The notes beneath the pieces are model-generated. The model was not told where the DNA came from. It ran no database searches and worked only from the letters and a program-made list of their open reading frames with translations. A stretch of 64,000 bases of DNA, from the NCBI GenBank assembly GCA_041082215.1, contig JBDOIF010000093.1:5504-69503 (forward strand), in the 5' to 3' direction. This document shows, in pieces, positions 7,672-18,326 of the stretch. The DNA comes from Anaerolineae bacterium (GTDB taxonomy: Bacteria; Chloroflexota; Anaerolineae; B4-G1; DUEL01). Position numbers and translations under genes: made by a program. Numbering within the stretch: the stretch's first letter is position 1; every line of letters begins with the position of its first letter.

Positions 7672-10020
7672 CTACCCCCCCGCCTCCATCTCCACCTCCG
7701 GCAGCTCCTCCACCGACACCTCCGCCCCGCAATTGGTGCAGCGGGCCGTCCCCTTCCGTCCTTCGGTGAGCAGGCCGCCGCAGACCGGGCAGGGCTGGGG
7801 CAGTGGCCGCTGCCACACCCAGAAGCCGCACTCCGGGTAGTTGGCGCAGCCGTAGCCGACCCTCCCCTTGCGGGTCCGCTTCTCCACCAGGTCGCCGCCG
7901 CACTGAGGGCATCTGGCCCCCACCTTCTCCAGCCACGGCTCGGTGTAGCGGCATTCGGGGAACCCCTTGCAGCCGATGAACTTGCCGTACCGCCCCCAAC
8001 GGACGATCAGGGGCCTGCCGCACTTGGGGCAGTTCCGGCCGACCTCCTCCGGCCCCAGGTCCGCTTTCTCGATCCCCTGGTCGGCTGCATCCAGCCGCTG
8101 CTTGAATGGGACCCAGAACTCCTGCACCACTGGAACCCATTTCCTCTCCCCCGAGGCGATCTCGTCCAGCCGCGCCTCCATCTCGGCGGTGAACCCGTAA
8201 TCCATCACCTCCGGGAAGTGCTCCACCAGGAGGTCGTTGACCAGGAAGCCGGTCTCCGTGGGCACCAGCCGTCTCCCGTCGCGGCGGACGTACCCCCGCT
8301 GCTGGATGGTGGAGAGGATAGGTGCATAGGTGGAGGGACGGCCGATGCCGTACTCCTCCAGCGCCCGTATCAGCGTCGCCTCCGTATAGCGGGGCGGCGG
8401 TTGGGTGAAGTGCTGTTCGGGAATCAACCGCACCAGGTCCAGCAGCTCATCCACTTTCAACGGCGGGATCTGCTGTGTCTTCTCCTCCTCGGCATCCTCG
8501 TCGGCGGCCTCCTCATAGACCATCAGGAAGCCAGGGAAGCGGAGCGTGGAGCCGGTGGCGCGGAACAGGTAGGGACGGTCTTCCGCCATCCCATCGGGTC
8601 CTGCCGCCACCTCCACAGTGACCGTATCGTAGACCGCCGGTTCCATCTGGCTGGCCAGGAACCGCTGCCAGATGAGCCGGTAGAGCCGGTACTGATCGCG
8701 GCTCAGGTGCTCCCTGATCGCCTCCGGCTCGCGGAAGACAGAGGTGGGGCGGATCGCCTCGTGGGCCTCCTGCGCGCCCTTCGCCCGGGTCCTGTACACG
8801 GGCGGCCTGGGGGGCATGAACTTCTCACCATACCGCTGTGCGATGTACGCCCGGGCCTCCGCCTGCGCCTGTTCGGCCACGTTGGTCGAGTCGGTGCGCA
8901 TATAGGTGATGAGGCCCACCGGCCCGCTCCCCTCCAGATCAACCCCCTCGTAGAGCTGCTGGGCGATGCGCATCGTGCGGCCAGGGGTAAAGCCCAGCCG
9001 ACGGGAGGCCTCCTGCTGCATGGTGCTGGTGATGAAGGGCGGGGAAGGGCTTCGCCGCCGTTGCCCCTTCTTGACCGAAGAGACCACGTAGGTGGACCGC
9101 TCCAGCTCCTCCACCACTGCCCGGGTGGCAGGCTCATCCTTCAGGTTCACCTCCTCACCCCGGATACGGTGAAGCCGGGCCAGAAAGGTGCGGCGCGGGC
9201 CTAGACTAGCGCTACGCTTGGCCAGCTCCGCCTCGATGGACCAGTACTCCTCCGGCACGAAGCCCAGGATCTCCCGCTCCCGCTCCACCACCAGGCGGAC
9301 CGCCACCGACTGGACCCGCCCGGCGCTGAGCCGGCTTCGCACCTTCCGCCAGAGGAGGGGACTCAGACTGTAACCCACCAGCCGGTCCAGAACGCGGCGG
9401 GCCTGCTGGGCGTTCACCAGGTCCATGTTGATCTTGCCCGGGTGGGAGAAGGCCTCCTCGATGGCGTCGCGGGTGATCTCGTGGAAGACCACGCGTCGGA
9501 CCTGAGAGGGTTTGATCCCGACCGCCTCGATCAGATGCCAGGCGATCGCCTCCCCCTCCCGGTCCGGGTCGGTGGCCAGGTAGACCTCGGCCGCCTTGCT
9601 GACCTCTTCCTGGAGCTCTTTCACCACCTCCCGCTTTTCGTTGGGTACCCGGTAGTGGGGCTTGAAGTTGTCCTCCACATCCACCGACATCGAAGAGCGG
9701 AGCAGGTCCCGCACATGACCCACTGAGGCGCGAACAATGTAGCCCTTACCCAGAAAGCGGCCCACGGTGCGGGCCTTGGCCGGGGATTCGACGATCACCA
9801 GACGTCCGTCCTTCCTGGGCGGGGGCGGGGGGTCCACCCCCTCGTGGGCTGGCGTGGCTCCCATCCGGAACAGAGTCGTCCCACAGACCGGGCAGGTTCC
9901 CCGGACAGCCGGCCGCCCCGCAGCAGTGAAGACCGGCTCGGGGTCTTTCAACGGCCGCTTCGCTTTACAGCGCACACAGTAGGCCTCCAGAACAGTATCG
10001 GTTTGGTTGGTCATTCGCAA
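7672..10020 (-). CDS. topA: DNA topoisomerase I with three C-terminal zinc ribbons and an extra N-terminal C4 zinc ribbon
   Basis: Toprim domain (LVIVESPAKARTVGRFLG) and the catalytic region are present. Three CxxC...CxxC modules lie at the C-terminus. An N-terminal CVRC...CPVC ribbon precedes the Toprim domain. Confidence 0.92.
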   Translation of the reverse strand: MRMTNQTDTVLEAYCVRCKAKRPLKDPEPVFTAAGRPAVRGTCPVCGTTLFRMGATPAHEGVDPPPPPRKDGRLVIVESPAKARTVGRFLGKGYIVRASVGHVRDLLRSSMSVDVEDNFKPHYRVPNEKREVVKELQEEVSKAAEVYLATDPDREGEAIAWHLIEAVGIKPSQVRRVVFHEITRDAIEEAFSHPGKINMDLVNAQQARRVLDRLVGYSLSPLLWRKVRSRLSAGRVQSVAVRLVVEREREILGFVPEEYWSIEAELAKRSASLGPRRTFLARLHRIRGEEVNLKDEPATRAVVEELERSTYVVSSVKKGQRRRSPSPPFITSTMQQEASRRLGFTPGRTMRIAQQLYEGVDLEGSGPVGLITYMRTDSTNVAEQAQAEARAYIAQRYGEKFMPPRPPVYRTRAKGAQEAHEAIRPTSVFREPEAIREHLSRDQYRLYRLIWQRFLASQMEPAVYDTVTVEVAAGPDGMAEDRPYLFRATGSTLRFPGFLMVYEEAADEDAEEEKTQQIPPLKVDELLDLVRLIPEQHFTQPPPRYTEATLIRALEEYGIGRPSTYAPILSTIQQRGYVRRDGRRLVPTETGFLVNDLLVEHFPEVMDYGFTAEMEARLDEIASGERKWVPVVQEFWVPFKQRLDAADQGIEKADLGPEEVGRNCPKCGRPLIVRWGRYGKFIGCKGFPECRYTEPWLEKVGARCPQCGGDLVEKRTRKGRVGYGCANYPECGFWVWQRPLPQPCPVCGGLLTEGRKGTARCTNCGAEVSVEELPEVEMEAGG

Positions 10021-10067
10021 AAAGCCTCCTGAGAAAAGGGCCGCAGGGCGCAGGGGGCAGGGAGCGT

Positions 10068-10490
10068 CTACACACCCGCTGCAGTTCTCAAGCGCTTCCA
10101 GAGAGTCGCTACATCGGGGCCCAACCAGGTCGCCCAGCGGTCAATATAGGGAAAGTCAAAAGTTGAAGTCCACTCCGGTTCCTCGTTCAGGCGTACAACA
10201 ACCAGAATGTCCCGAATATCCTGCTCGTGTTTGAACAAGCGGCCCTCGTTCCATGCCATCAATTTGCCGACCACAATATCCTCGGGGCGCGCAAACCATG
10301 CCCCAATCACCCTGTCTCCAACCTGTATTGTACGTCGAATGCGCCGCTTCAGCGCAAAACCGTATCCTGGCTCCATCGTAGTGGGGATCAAGTCCACCTT
10401 GCGCCCCGCAGTAGTATCAATAACGTTGAACATGATGCCCAGGCGGATAGATTCTCGCATCTGGTAAGGGTCGGCATAGAACCGGGGCAA
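10068..10490 (-). CDS. hypothetical protein (140 aa)
   Basis: Intact ORF in tandem with the small upstream ORF at 10539..10739. No family recognised. Confidence 0.4.
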   Translation of the reverse strand: MPRFYADPYQMRESIRLGIMFNVIDTTAGRKVDLIPTTMEPGYGFALKRRIRRTIQVGDRVIGAWFARPEDIVVGKLMAWNEGRLFKHEQDIRDILVVVRLNEEPEWTSTFDFPYIDRWATWLGPDVATLWKRLRTAAGV

Positions 10491-10538
10491 TGGATAAGCG
10501 GCCGCTGAAGGATGTCCAGATATAATTCAAAATGGGCC

Positions 10539-10739
10539 TCATCCGCCATGCTGCAATCTCTCAAACATGAGAATGGTGAGTTCAAAATCGGATAACTGCG
10601 GATAGGCACGGCGCAGGCGGACCCGGACGGTATCGAGCCAGAGCGCCTGCAATTCCATCAGGGTACGGAGCCGCCGAGCAGGTGGTAGACGCATCAGCAG
10701 GCGAATCTGCTCTTCATCGGCAGGTCCCAGTACTCTCAC
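10539..10739 (-). CDS. hypothetical small protein (66 aa)
   Basis: Intact ORF upstream of, and co-oriented with, 10068..10490. Confidence 0.3.
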   Translation of the reverse strand: MRVLGPADEEQIRLLMRLPPARRLRTLMELQALWLDTVRVRLRRAYPQLSDFELTILMFERLQHGG

Positions 10740-10751
10740 GGAATTCCTCCA

Positions 10752-11825
10752 CTACAGCACTCCGTTCCTTCCCATCTCCCGCAGCCGCTGTACGATCTCC
10801 CGGACGTCCTGTTCCCGTTCGATGGGACAGACCAGGAGGGCGTCGTCGGTGTCCACGATGACCATCCCCTCCAGGCCGATGGTAGCGATCAGCCGGCGAC
10901 CACCGAAGACGACCGTGTTACGGGTATCCAGCCCCAGGTGCTCACCGACCACCACGTTCCCCTCCTCATCGGCGGGCAGGATTTCCCGCATGCTCGACCA
11001 GTTCCCCACATCCGACCAGCCGATGTCCACCGGTATCACCACCACATCCTCCGCCCCTTCCATCACCCCATAGTCAATGGTCTGGGGCGTCACTTCGGGC
11101 CAGACCCGCCGGAGGGTGGTCTGGTAGGCGGATGTGCCCAGCGTGGCCTCGATCTGGGCAAGCTGGGCGTAGAAATCGGGCATCTGCCGGGCAAATTCCT
11201 CCATAATCCGGTCCACCCGCCAGATGAACATCCCGCTGTTCCACGAATATTCGCCCGATTGGACCATATGGAAGGCGGTTTCAGCGCTGGGTTTTTCCGT
11301 GAACCGCTCGGCGCGGAAGACGGGGAAGCCCTCCACCACATCCAGTTGCTCCCCCTGCTTGATGTAGCCGAAGCCGGTGGAGGGGAAAGCGGGGGTGATC
11401 CCCAGGGTCACCAGATGGCCTCGTTCGGCGACGATGGCAGCGGCGGGGAGCACCCGTCGGAACTGCTCCACATCCTGGATAAAGTGGTCGGCGGTGAGGA
11501 CAGCCATCACCGCCTCCGGGTCGCGCCGCTTGAGGTGGACCGCCCCCAGGCCAATGGCGGGGGCCGTCCCCCGCCCCACCGGTTCGACGATGAAGTTCTC
11601 CCTGGGTAGCTCCGGCGCCTGAAACATCAGCTCCTCCAGGTGGTCTGCCCCGGTGACGACGTAGACCTCATCTGGCTGAAAGACCGGGGCGATGCGGTCC
11701 ACAGCGTGCTCGAACATCGTCCGCTCGTCCACCAGCTTGAGAGCCTGTTTGGGCCTGGCCTGGCGACTGAGCGGCCACAGGCGGGTTCCCCCACCGCCAG
11801 CCATGATCAGAGCGTAAAAAGCCAT
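10752..11825 (-). CDS. mannose-1-phosphate guanylyltransferase (GDP-mannose pyrophosphorylase)
   Basis: MAFYALIMAGGGGTRLWPLS nucleotidyltransferase signature with the left-handed beta-helix C-terminal region of ManC-type enzymes. Confidence 0.8.
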   Translation of the reverse strand: MAFYALIMAGGGGTRLWPLSRQARPKQALKLVDERTMFEHAVDRIAPVFQPDEVYVVTGADHLEELMFQAPELPRENFIVEPVGRGTAPAIGLGAVHLKRRDPEAVMAVLTADHFIQDVEQFRRVLPAAAIVAERGHLVTLGITPAFPSTGFGYIKQGEQLDVVEGFPVFRAERFTEKPSAETAFHMVQSGEYSWNSGMFIWRVDRIMEEFARQMPDFYAQLAQIEATLGTSAYQTTLRRVWPEVTPQTIDYGVMEGAEDVVVIPVDIGWSDVGNWSSMREILPADEEGNVVVGEHLGLDTRNTVVFGGRRLIATIGLEGMVIVDTDDALLVCPIEREQDVREIVQRLREMGRNGVL

Positions 11826-11863
11826 CTTTCCTGCCCTCCACGGTTGATATTGTAGGACAAGCT

Positions 11864-12985
11864 TCAGCCTGCCCTGCAACTGTATTCCGCCCCCTGTTCC
11901 CGCGCCGCCACGTACTTCATCCCTCCCACCTGACGGACCAGCCCTTTCAGCTCCATCATCGCCAGGGTGCTGGTAACCTGGGCAATGGGAAGGCCGACAG
12001 CCAGCCCCAGCTCATCCACGTGGGTCGGCTCCGCCCCCAGATGGGCAAGGAGCGCGGCCTCCGTCTCGCTGACCGGCAGGGTCTCCCGCGCCCGGGCCTG
12101 CTCCGCCGCCATCGCCAGATTCAGCTCCTCCAGAATGTCGGCAGGCTCCAGGACCATCTTTGCCCCGTCCTGGATGAGGCGGTTGGTGCCAGCGGAACCA
12201 GCGGCCAGGATGGAACCGGGCACGGCGAAGACCTCCCTCCCCTGTTCGGCGGCGTAGTCAGCGGTGATCAACGCGCCGCTGTCCCGGCCCGCCTCGGTGA
12301 TCAGCACCCCCAGGCTGAGGCCGCTGATGATCCGGTTGCGGGGGGGGAAGTTGCCCGGCTCCGGGGGAGTGCCCAGCGGGTACTCGCTGATCAGCGCCCC
12401 GTGGGCGGCGATCTGGCGGGCCAGCGCCCGATGTTCCGGCGGATAGACCCGGTCCACCCCGCAGCCCAGCACGGCGAGGGTCCGTCCTCCAGCCTCCAGG
12501 GCCGCCCGATGGGCCACCCCGTCAACACCCCGTGCCAGCCCGCTGACGATGGTGATCCCGCTCTGGGCCAGGGACGTGACCAGCCGATGGGTCACCTCCC
12601 GCCCATAGACGCTGATCCGGCGGGTGCCCACCACCGCTATCGCCCATTCGTCATCCGGCCTCAGCTCCCCACGGATGTAGAGGACCGGCGGCGGGTCAGG
12701 AACCTCCTGCAGAAGCCGGGGGTAACGGGGGTCTTCCCATGTGAGCACCTGCACCCCGGCGGCGGCGACCCGCTCGACCTCCCGTTCCAGGTCCACCGTG
12801 GCCCGGGCCTCCAGCAAATTCCTCAAGGAACGCCGGTCGAGTCCGGCCTGAAGAAGGGCGTCGGCAGGGGCATGCCAGGCCTGTTCCACATCCCCAAAGG
12901 CATCCAGGAGGGCCCGCAGCCGTGCCGGGCCAATGCCCCGGACCAGGTTGAAGCCGATGTAATAGCGCAGTGCGTCCGTTGCCAT
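11864..12985 (-). CDS. dprA: DNA processing protein DprA (Smf)
   Basis: The Rossmann-like DprA core (GLARGVDGVAHRAALEAGG...TLAVLGCGVD) and a C-terminal winged helix are present. The ATG at 12985 (MATDALRYY) is preferred over the long GC-rich ORF extension. Confidence 0.85.
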   Translation of the reverse strand: MATDALRYYIGFNLVRGIGPARLRALLDAFGDVEQAWHAPADALLQAGLDRRSLRNLLEARATVDLEREVERVAAAGVQVLTWEDPRYPRLLQEVPDPPPVLYIRGELRPDDEWAIAVVGTRRISVYGREVTHRLVTSLAQSGITIVSGLARGVDGVAHRAALEAGGRTLAVLGCGVDRVYPPEHRALARQIAAHGALISEYPLGTPPEPGNFPPRNRIISGLSLGVLITEAGRDSGALITADYAAEQGREVFAVPGSILAAGSAGTNRLIQDGAKMVLEPADILEELNLAMAAEQARARETLPVSETEAALLAHLGAEPTHVDELGLAVGLPIAQVTSTLAMMELKGLVRQVGGMKYVAAREQGAEYSCRAG

Positions 12986-12996
12986 CTTCGACCCCC

Positions 12997-13566
12997 CTAC
13001 TCCCCCAACAGACCCGGCAGGATCACGACCACCATTCGGCGGGCCTCCAGGTCCAGCTCCCGGACCACCTCCTCGATAGCGGGGATCAGCACCTCTCCCC
13101 GTGGGCCATGGATGACGTAGACATCGTTGGCGCCGGTATCCAGGACCTCCACCACCCGTCCCAGCGCCTCCCCTTTGTCGGTGACGACTTCCACGCCCAC
13201 AACCTGGAAGTAATAGTACTCGTCTTCTTCGAGGGGGACCGCTTCTTCGATAGGTATCTGGACCCACTGACCGCGCAACTGTTCGGCCGCGCTTCGGTCG
13301 TCGCAGCCGGCCAGCTTGATCAGGACCGCCCCCTGATGAAAGCGGACCCCTTCCACTGCGTAGGGACGGGCTTCCGAGCCCAGGTAGAGCATCCGTCGGT
13401 CGGGGAGCCGTTCGGGGTAGTCGGTGAGGATTTCGACGCGGAGCTCGCCCCGGACCCCGTGGGGCCGGATCACACGCCCCACAACCACGAAACGGGGCTC
13501 AGCAGGCCGAGGCGGCGGCCCTGAGCCCCCTTGATCTGCGCCACGCGCTCTATCCGGGACCCTCAT
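12997..13566 (-). CDS. rimM: ribosome maturation factor RimM
   Basis: VGRVIRPHGVRGELRV and the PRC barrel match RimM, and the gene sits in the rpsP operon context. The true start may lie downstream of the annotated ATG. Confidence 0.8.
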   Translation of the reverse strand: MRVPDRARGADQGGSGPPPRPAEPRFVVVGRVIRPHGVRGELRVEILTDYPERLPDRRMLYLGSEARPYAVEGVRFHQGAVLIKLAGCDDRSAAEQLRGQWVQIPIEEAVPLEEDEYYYFQVVGVEVVTDKGEALGRVVEVLDTGANDVYVIHGPRGEVLIPAIEEVVRELDLEARRMVVVILPGLLGE

Positions 13567-13573
13567 GCAGCGC

Positions 13574-13810
13574 CTAGACGATCTCGAGGGTCACTCGCTT
13601 CCCCTGCTTGGCGGCGAGCACCCGAACGAGTGCGCGCATTGCGTTGGCGGTTCGCCCCTCCCGGCCGATGATCCGGCCCATATCCTCCGGAGCGACCCGC
13701 AGTTCCAGGATGAGGGAGCTTTCCCCCTCGATCTCGGAAACGTGCACCTGCGATGGGTGATCGGCCAGAGCCTTGGCGATGTACTCGACCAGGTCCTTCA
13801 TAGCGGACAT
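13574..13810 (-). CDS. KH-domain RNA-binding protein (YlqC/UPF0109 family)
   Basis: [20 protein letters not shown] motif, in the conserved position between rpsP and rimM. Confidence 0.85.
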   Translation of the reverse strand: MSAMKDLVEYIAKALADHPSQVHVSEIEGESSLILELRVAPEDMGRIIGREGRTANAMRALVRVLAAKQGKRVTLEIV

Positions 13811-13899
13811 CGTTGCCCTCCCTTAACGTGGTAGATGAACCAGTAGTGCGGACGGAGCTACGTAGTGGGAGGCAGGGTCTCGCCGCCGGTTTGGCGGGC

Positions 13900-14346
13900 C
13901 TACGCCTCGGTCTCCTCCTCCCCCTGGCTTTCGGCCAAGTCAGCCTCTATGGCTTGCTCCTCAGCCGCCCTCCCTTCCGCTTCCTTCTTCGCAGTGGCCC
14001 GCACTGGCCGCTTCGTTATGCCCGACGCCGGTTGGGCCTTCACGTCCGCCTCCGCTTCGGCCACCAGCGCTTCCAGTGGTTCTCCGGCCTTCAACCGCGC
14101 GAACCGCGCCAACGTTCCCTGTTTCTCCAGCAGCCGGGCGGCGGTTTCCGTTGGCTGCGCGCCGACGCTCAGCCAGTGAAGCGCCCGGCCCTCCTGAACC
14201 TGCACCGTCTCCGGATCGGTGCGGGGGTTATAAAAACCGATCGCCTCGATGAACCGGCCATCCCGTGGCTCGCGGGAGTCCGCCACCACGATACGATAGC
14301 TGGGTTGCTTCTTTGCCCCTACCCTGCGAAGTCTGATCTTGAGCAT
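13900..14346 (-). CDS. rpsP: 30S ribosomal protein S16 with an acidic C-terminal extension
   Basis: [25 protein letters not shown] is the canonical S16 N-terminus. Confidence 0.95.
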   Translation of the reverse strand: MLKIRLRRVGAKKQPSYRIVVADSREPRDGRFIEAIGFYNPRTDPETVQVQEGRALHWLSVGAQPTETAARLLEKQGTLARFARLKAGEPLEALVAEAEADVKAQPASGITKRPVRATAKKEAEGRAAEEQAIEADLAESQGEEETEA

Positions 14347-14393
14347 GTGCCTCCTGACATCATAGAAGCTGAGTCTTTACAAATTCATCTTTT

Positions 14394-14416
14394 GCAAGAT
14401 AAATCTTGCGCTACAC
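14394..14416. promoter_or_regulatory. palindromic motif GCAAGAT-AA-ATCTTGC followed by GCGCTACAC (candidate operator upstream of rpsP)
   Basis: Perfect 7-bp inverted arms. Near-identical copies occur at 24341, 37278 and 37307. Confidence 0.4.
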
Positions 14417-14439
14417 AGTTACAGGCGGGTGTGCACTGG

Positions 14440-15771
14440 CTACCCGAATATCCGCGCCAGCCCTGGCAGCCCCCTCTTCCCTTTCCCTAACTGCTTCATC
14501 ATCCGCTGCATCTGCCGAAACTGGTTGAGCAGGGCGTTGACCTCCTGGACGGTAGTGCCGCTCCCGCGGGCGATCCGCCGCTTCCGGCTCCCGTTCAGGA
14601 CACGGGGATTCTGCCGCTCCTCGGGGGTCATGGAAAGGATAATCGCCTCCACGCGCCTCAGTTGCCGCTCTGCCTCCTCCGGCGCCACCACTCCGGATCG
14701 CTTCCCCATCCCGGGCAGCATCTCCAGAATCTGGCCCACGGACCCCATCCGCCGGACCTGTCGGAGTTGTTCCAGGAAATCCTCCAGGTCGAACTCCGCA
14801 CGGCGGATCTTCTCCTCCAGCCGGCGGGCCTGCTCCTGGTCGAAGGCCGCCTCCGCCCGCTCGATGAGGGTCAGCACGTCCCCCATCCCCAGAATGCGGG
14901 AAGCCAGCCGGTCGGGATGGAAGGGCTCCAGAGCATCGGCCTTCTCACCGGTGCCCAGAAACTTGATCGGCACGCCGGTCACCGCCCGCATACTGATAGC
15001 GGCCCCGCCCCGGGCATCGCCGTCTATCTTGGTAAGGATCAGGCCGGTAAGGCCGAGCCGCTTGTGGAATCCCTCGGCGATGCGGACCGCCTCCTGGCCG
15101 GTCATCGCGTCGGCCACCAGGAGCACCTCGACGGGGCGGACCCTCCGGACGATGGCCTCCAGCTCCGCCATCATCTCCTCATCCACCTGGAGGCGACCAG
15201 CGGTGTCGAGCACCACCGTGTCGTATCCCCGGCGGCGGGCTTCCTGTACGCCCCGCTCACAGATAGCAGGCGGGTCCGCCCGCACCCCCTCGCTGTAGAC
15301 GGGAAGCTCCAGTTGCCGCCCCAGCACCTCCAGTTGTGTCACCGCCGCCGGACGGTAGGTGTCGGCTGCGACCATCAGCGGCAGATGACCCGTCTCTTTG
15401 AGGTGACGGGCCAGCTTCGCCACCGTCGTGGTCTTTCCGGAACCCTGAAGCCCTACGGCCATCAGGACGTATGGGGCTGGCCCCCTCAGCTCCAGCCGGC
15501 CCGGCTCCCCAAGCGTGGCGATCAGCTCCTCATGGACGATCTTGATCACCTGCTGGGCAGGGCTGAGAGCTTTAGAGACCTCAGCCCCTACCGCCCGTTC
15601 CCGCACGCGGGCGATGAAATCTTTGACGACTTTGTAATGTACGTCCGCCTCCAGCAGGGCCAGCCGGATCTCCCGCAGGACCTCGTCCACGTCGGCCTCG
15701 CGCAGGACCCCCCGCTTTTGCAGCCGCCGGAAAACTTCCTGCAGTCTCTCGGTCAGGTTCTCAAACATCAT
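14440..15771 (-). CDS. ffh: signal recognition particle protein Ffh
   Basis: N domain, G domain (GLQGSGKTTT) and M domain. Full-length SRP54 homolog. Confidence 0.97.
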   Translation of the reverse strand: MMFENLTERLQEVFRRLQKRGVLREADVDEVLREIRLALLEADVHYKVVKDFIARVRERAVGAEVSKALSPAQQVIKIVHEELIATLGEPGRLELRGPAPYVLMAVGLQGSGKTTTVAKLARHLKETGHLPLMVAADTYRPAAVTQLEVLGRQLELPVYSEGVRADPPAICERGVQEARRRGYDTVVLDTAGRLQVDEEMMAELEAIVRRVRPVEVLLVADAMTGQEAVRIAEGFHKRLGLTGLILTKIDGDARGGAAISMRAVTGVPIKFLGTGEKADALEPFHPDRLASRILGMGDVLTLIERAEAAFDQEQARRLEEKIRRAEFDLEDFLEQLRQVRRMGSVGQILEMLPGMGKRSGVVAPEEAERQLRRVEAIILSMTPEERQNPRVLNGSRKRRIARGSGTTVQEVNALLNQFRQMQRMMKQLGKGKRGLPGLARIFG

Positions 15772-15825
15772 CCCCCTGCTGGACCGGGCCTTGTGGCGGC
15801 ATTATAATGTACGAGCTTCGTTTCG

Positions 15826-16971
<1,146 letters not shown>

Positions 16972-17006
16972 TCACCAATGGCACAAATCGGGCGAATGGC
17001 GCAAAT

Positions 17007-17765
17007 TCAGTAGACTTTCAGCAGCAGCAACAGGCCGCTGCACCCGGCCAGAAGGGCAGCCAGCCAGAAGTCGGCGCGGTGGAGCGGCAGCGGCGCGGGC
17101 CGTCCGCCGTTGGGGTCGAAGGCCCGCACTGCCGCCGCGTTCACCACATCATCTCCGTACCGCAGCGTGTTGGCGATGGTCGTCACGAGGAAGTGCTTGA
17201 GGGCCGCTGGGGGGCGCCGGGCACCTCCCCGCAACCAGATCGTCTGCCAGGTCACCCCTGCCATCTCCTCCAGCGCCCCCAGGAGATTCATCGCCAGCGC
17301 GGTGGCGAAGCCCAGCCCGCGCAAACCGAGCCGGTCAAACAGCAGGACGAGATCGGAGAGGGAAAGGGAGCCGATCCCCAACCCGAACGCCAGCGTCAGG
17401 CCGAAGGCCCGTCCGGCCATTTCCCAGCCGGCTGTCAGCCCCTCCCGCGAAAGGGGGAACGGCCCCAGCCAGACATCCGGCTCGCCGATCAGCAGTGGTC
17501 CCACCACCACCGCGGTCAGCACAAAGGCCCAGAACCGGGGGCGAAGGAGCATCCGCAATCCCTGGCGGCTCCAGGCCAGGCCGAAGGCCAGCTCAAAGAG
17601 CGCCAGACCCGGCAGCCATTCCCCTTTGACCAGAATAGCTGTCAGGGCCGCCCAGCCGGTGAACAGGAGATAACCCCACGGGCTCAATGGCCGCCTTCGC
17701 CCACAGCCACCCTGCGCCGCCCCAGCCGCCGCGCCACCGCGCCTCCCAGCGCCCACGCCCCCCAT
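17007..17765 (-). CDS. ecfT: ECF transporter transmembrane (T) component, CbiQ/EcfT family
   Basis: Polytopic membrane protein with the EcfT-type coupling helices region. The start is uncertain; a TTG at about 17687 overlapping the upstream stop is also possible, and the GC-rich N-terminal ORF extension is non-coding. Confidence 0.65.
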   Translation of the reverse strand: MGGVGAGRRGGAAAGAAQGGCGRRRPLSPWGYLLFTGWAALTAILVKGEWLPGLALFELAFGLAWSRQGLRMLLRPRFWAFVLTAVVVGPLLIGEPDVWLGPFPLSREGLTAGWEMAGRAFGLTLAFGLGIGSLSLSDLVLLFDRLGLRGLGFATALAMNLLGALEEMAGVTWQTIWLRGGARRPPAALKHFLVTTIANTLRYGDDVVNAAAVRAFDPNGGRPAPLPLHRADFWLAALLAGCSGLLLLLKVY

Positions 17766-18322
17766 CCGGCAAGCCCTCCGACAGCCAGCCGGATTACCAG
17801 GAGGATTGCCATGATCAGCACCGCTGCTGAAGGGTCCAGCCCCAGCATCCGGCTGCCCTCTTCCACCATCTTGTAGAAGACCTCCACGACATCCGCGCCG
17901 TAGACCAGCCGCATCATGACAAACTTGTGGGGCAGGCTCCACCCCACGGCCAGTGCCCCACCGAGGGCAAAGGTCCACGGCCGCAGCGAGCGGGAGAGCA
18001 GGAGGGCTCCCTCCATCAGCCCGCCCTCCACCAGGATGGCCACGAACGGCCCCAGCCGGGCGCCGCCAGGGCTGAGCAGCTTGATCAGCGCCGTCACGAC
18101 GCCGATCAGCAGGACCGAACCCCGCCTGGGCACAAAGTGGCGGCCCGTCAGGGCCACCGCTGCGCCAATGCCGCCCATCACCACGCCGGTCAGAAAGGTG
18201 TTGGCCTCAGGGGGAAAGAGGAGATGCAGGTAGCTACCCAGCGTCATCTCCACCACCCCCCAGAGCGCGCCGAACAACCCCACCGTGACCCAGTCTCGCA
18301 CCGTATAGGACGACATCTCCAC
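17684..18322 (-). CDS. membrane protein, probable ECF transporter substrate-specific (S) component
   Basis: About 200 aa with 5-6 TM helices, lying between the ecfA fusion and ecfT. Confidence 0.5.
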   Translation of the reverse strand: MEMSSYTVRDWVTVGLFGALWGVVEMTLGSYLHLLFPPEANTFLTGVVMGGIGAAVALTGRHFVPRRGSVLLIGVVTALIKLLSPGGARLGPFVAILVEGGLMEGALLLSRSLRPWTFALGGALAVGWSLPHKFVMMRLVYGADVVEVFYKMVEEGSRMLGLDPSAAVLIMAILLVIRLAVGGLAGWGAWALGGAVARRLGRRRVAVGEGGH

Positions 18323-18326
18323 CTCC

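Noticed and set aside
12997-13566. RimM N-terminal 25 aa (MRVPDRARGADQGGSGPPPRPAEPR)
   Set aside because: It is probably non-coding extension and the true start lies a few codons before VVVGRVIRPHG. The gene call is kept but the start is flagged as uncertain.
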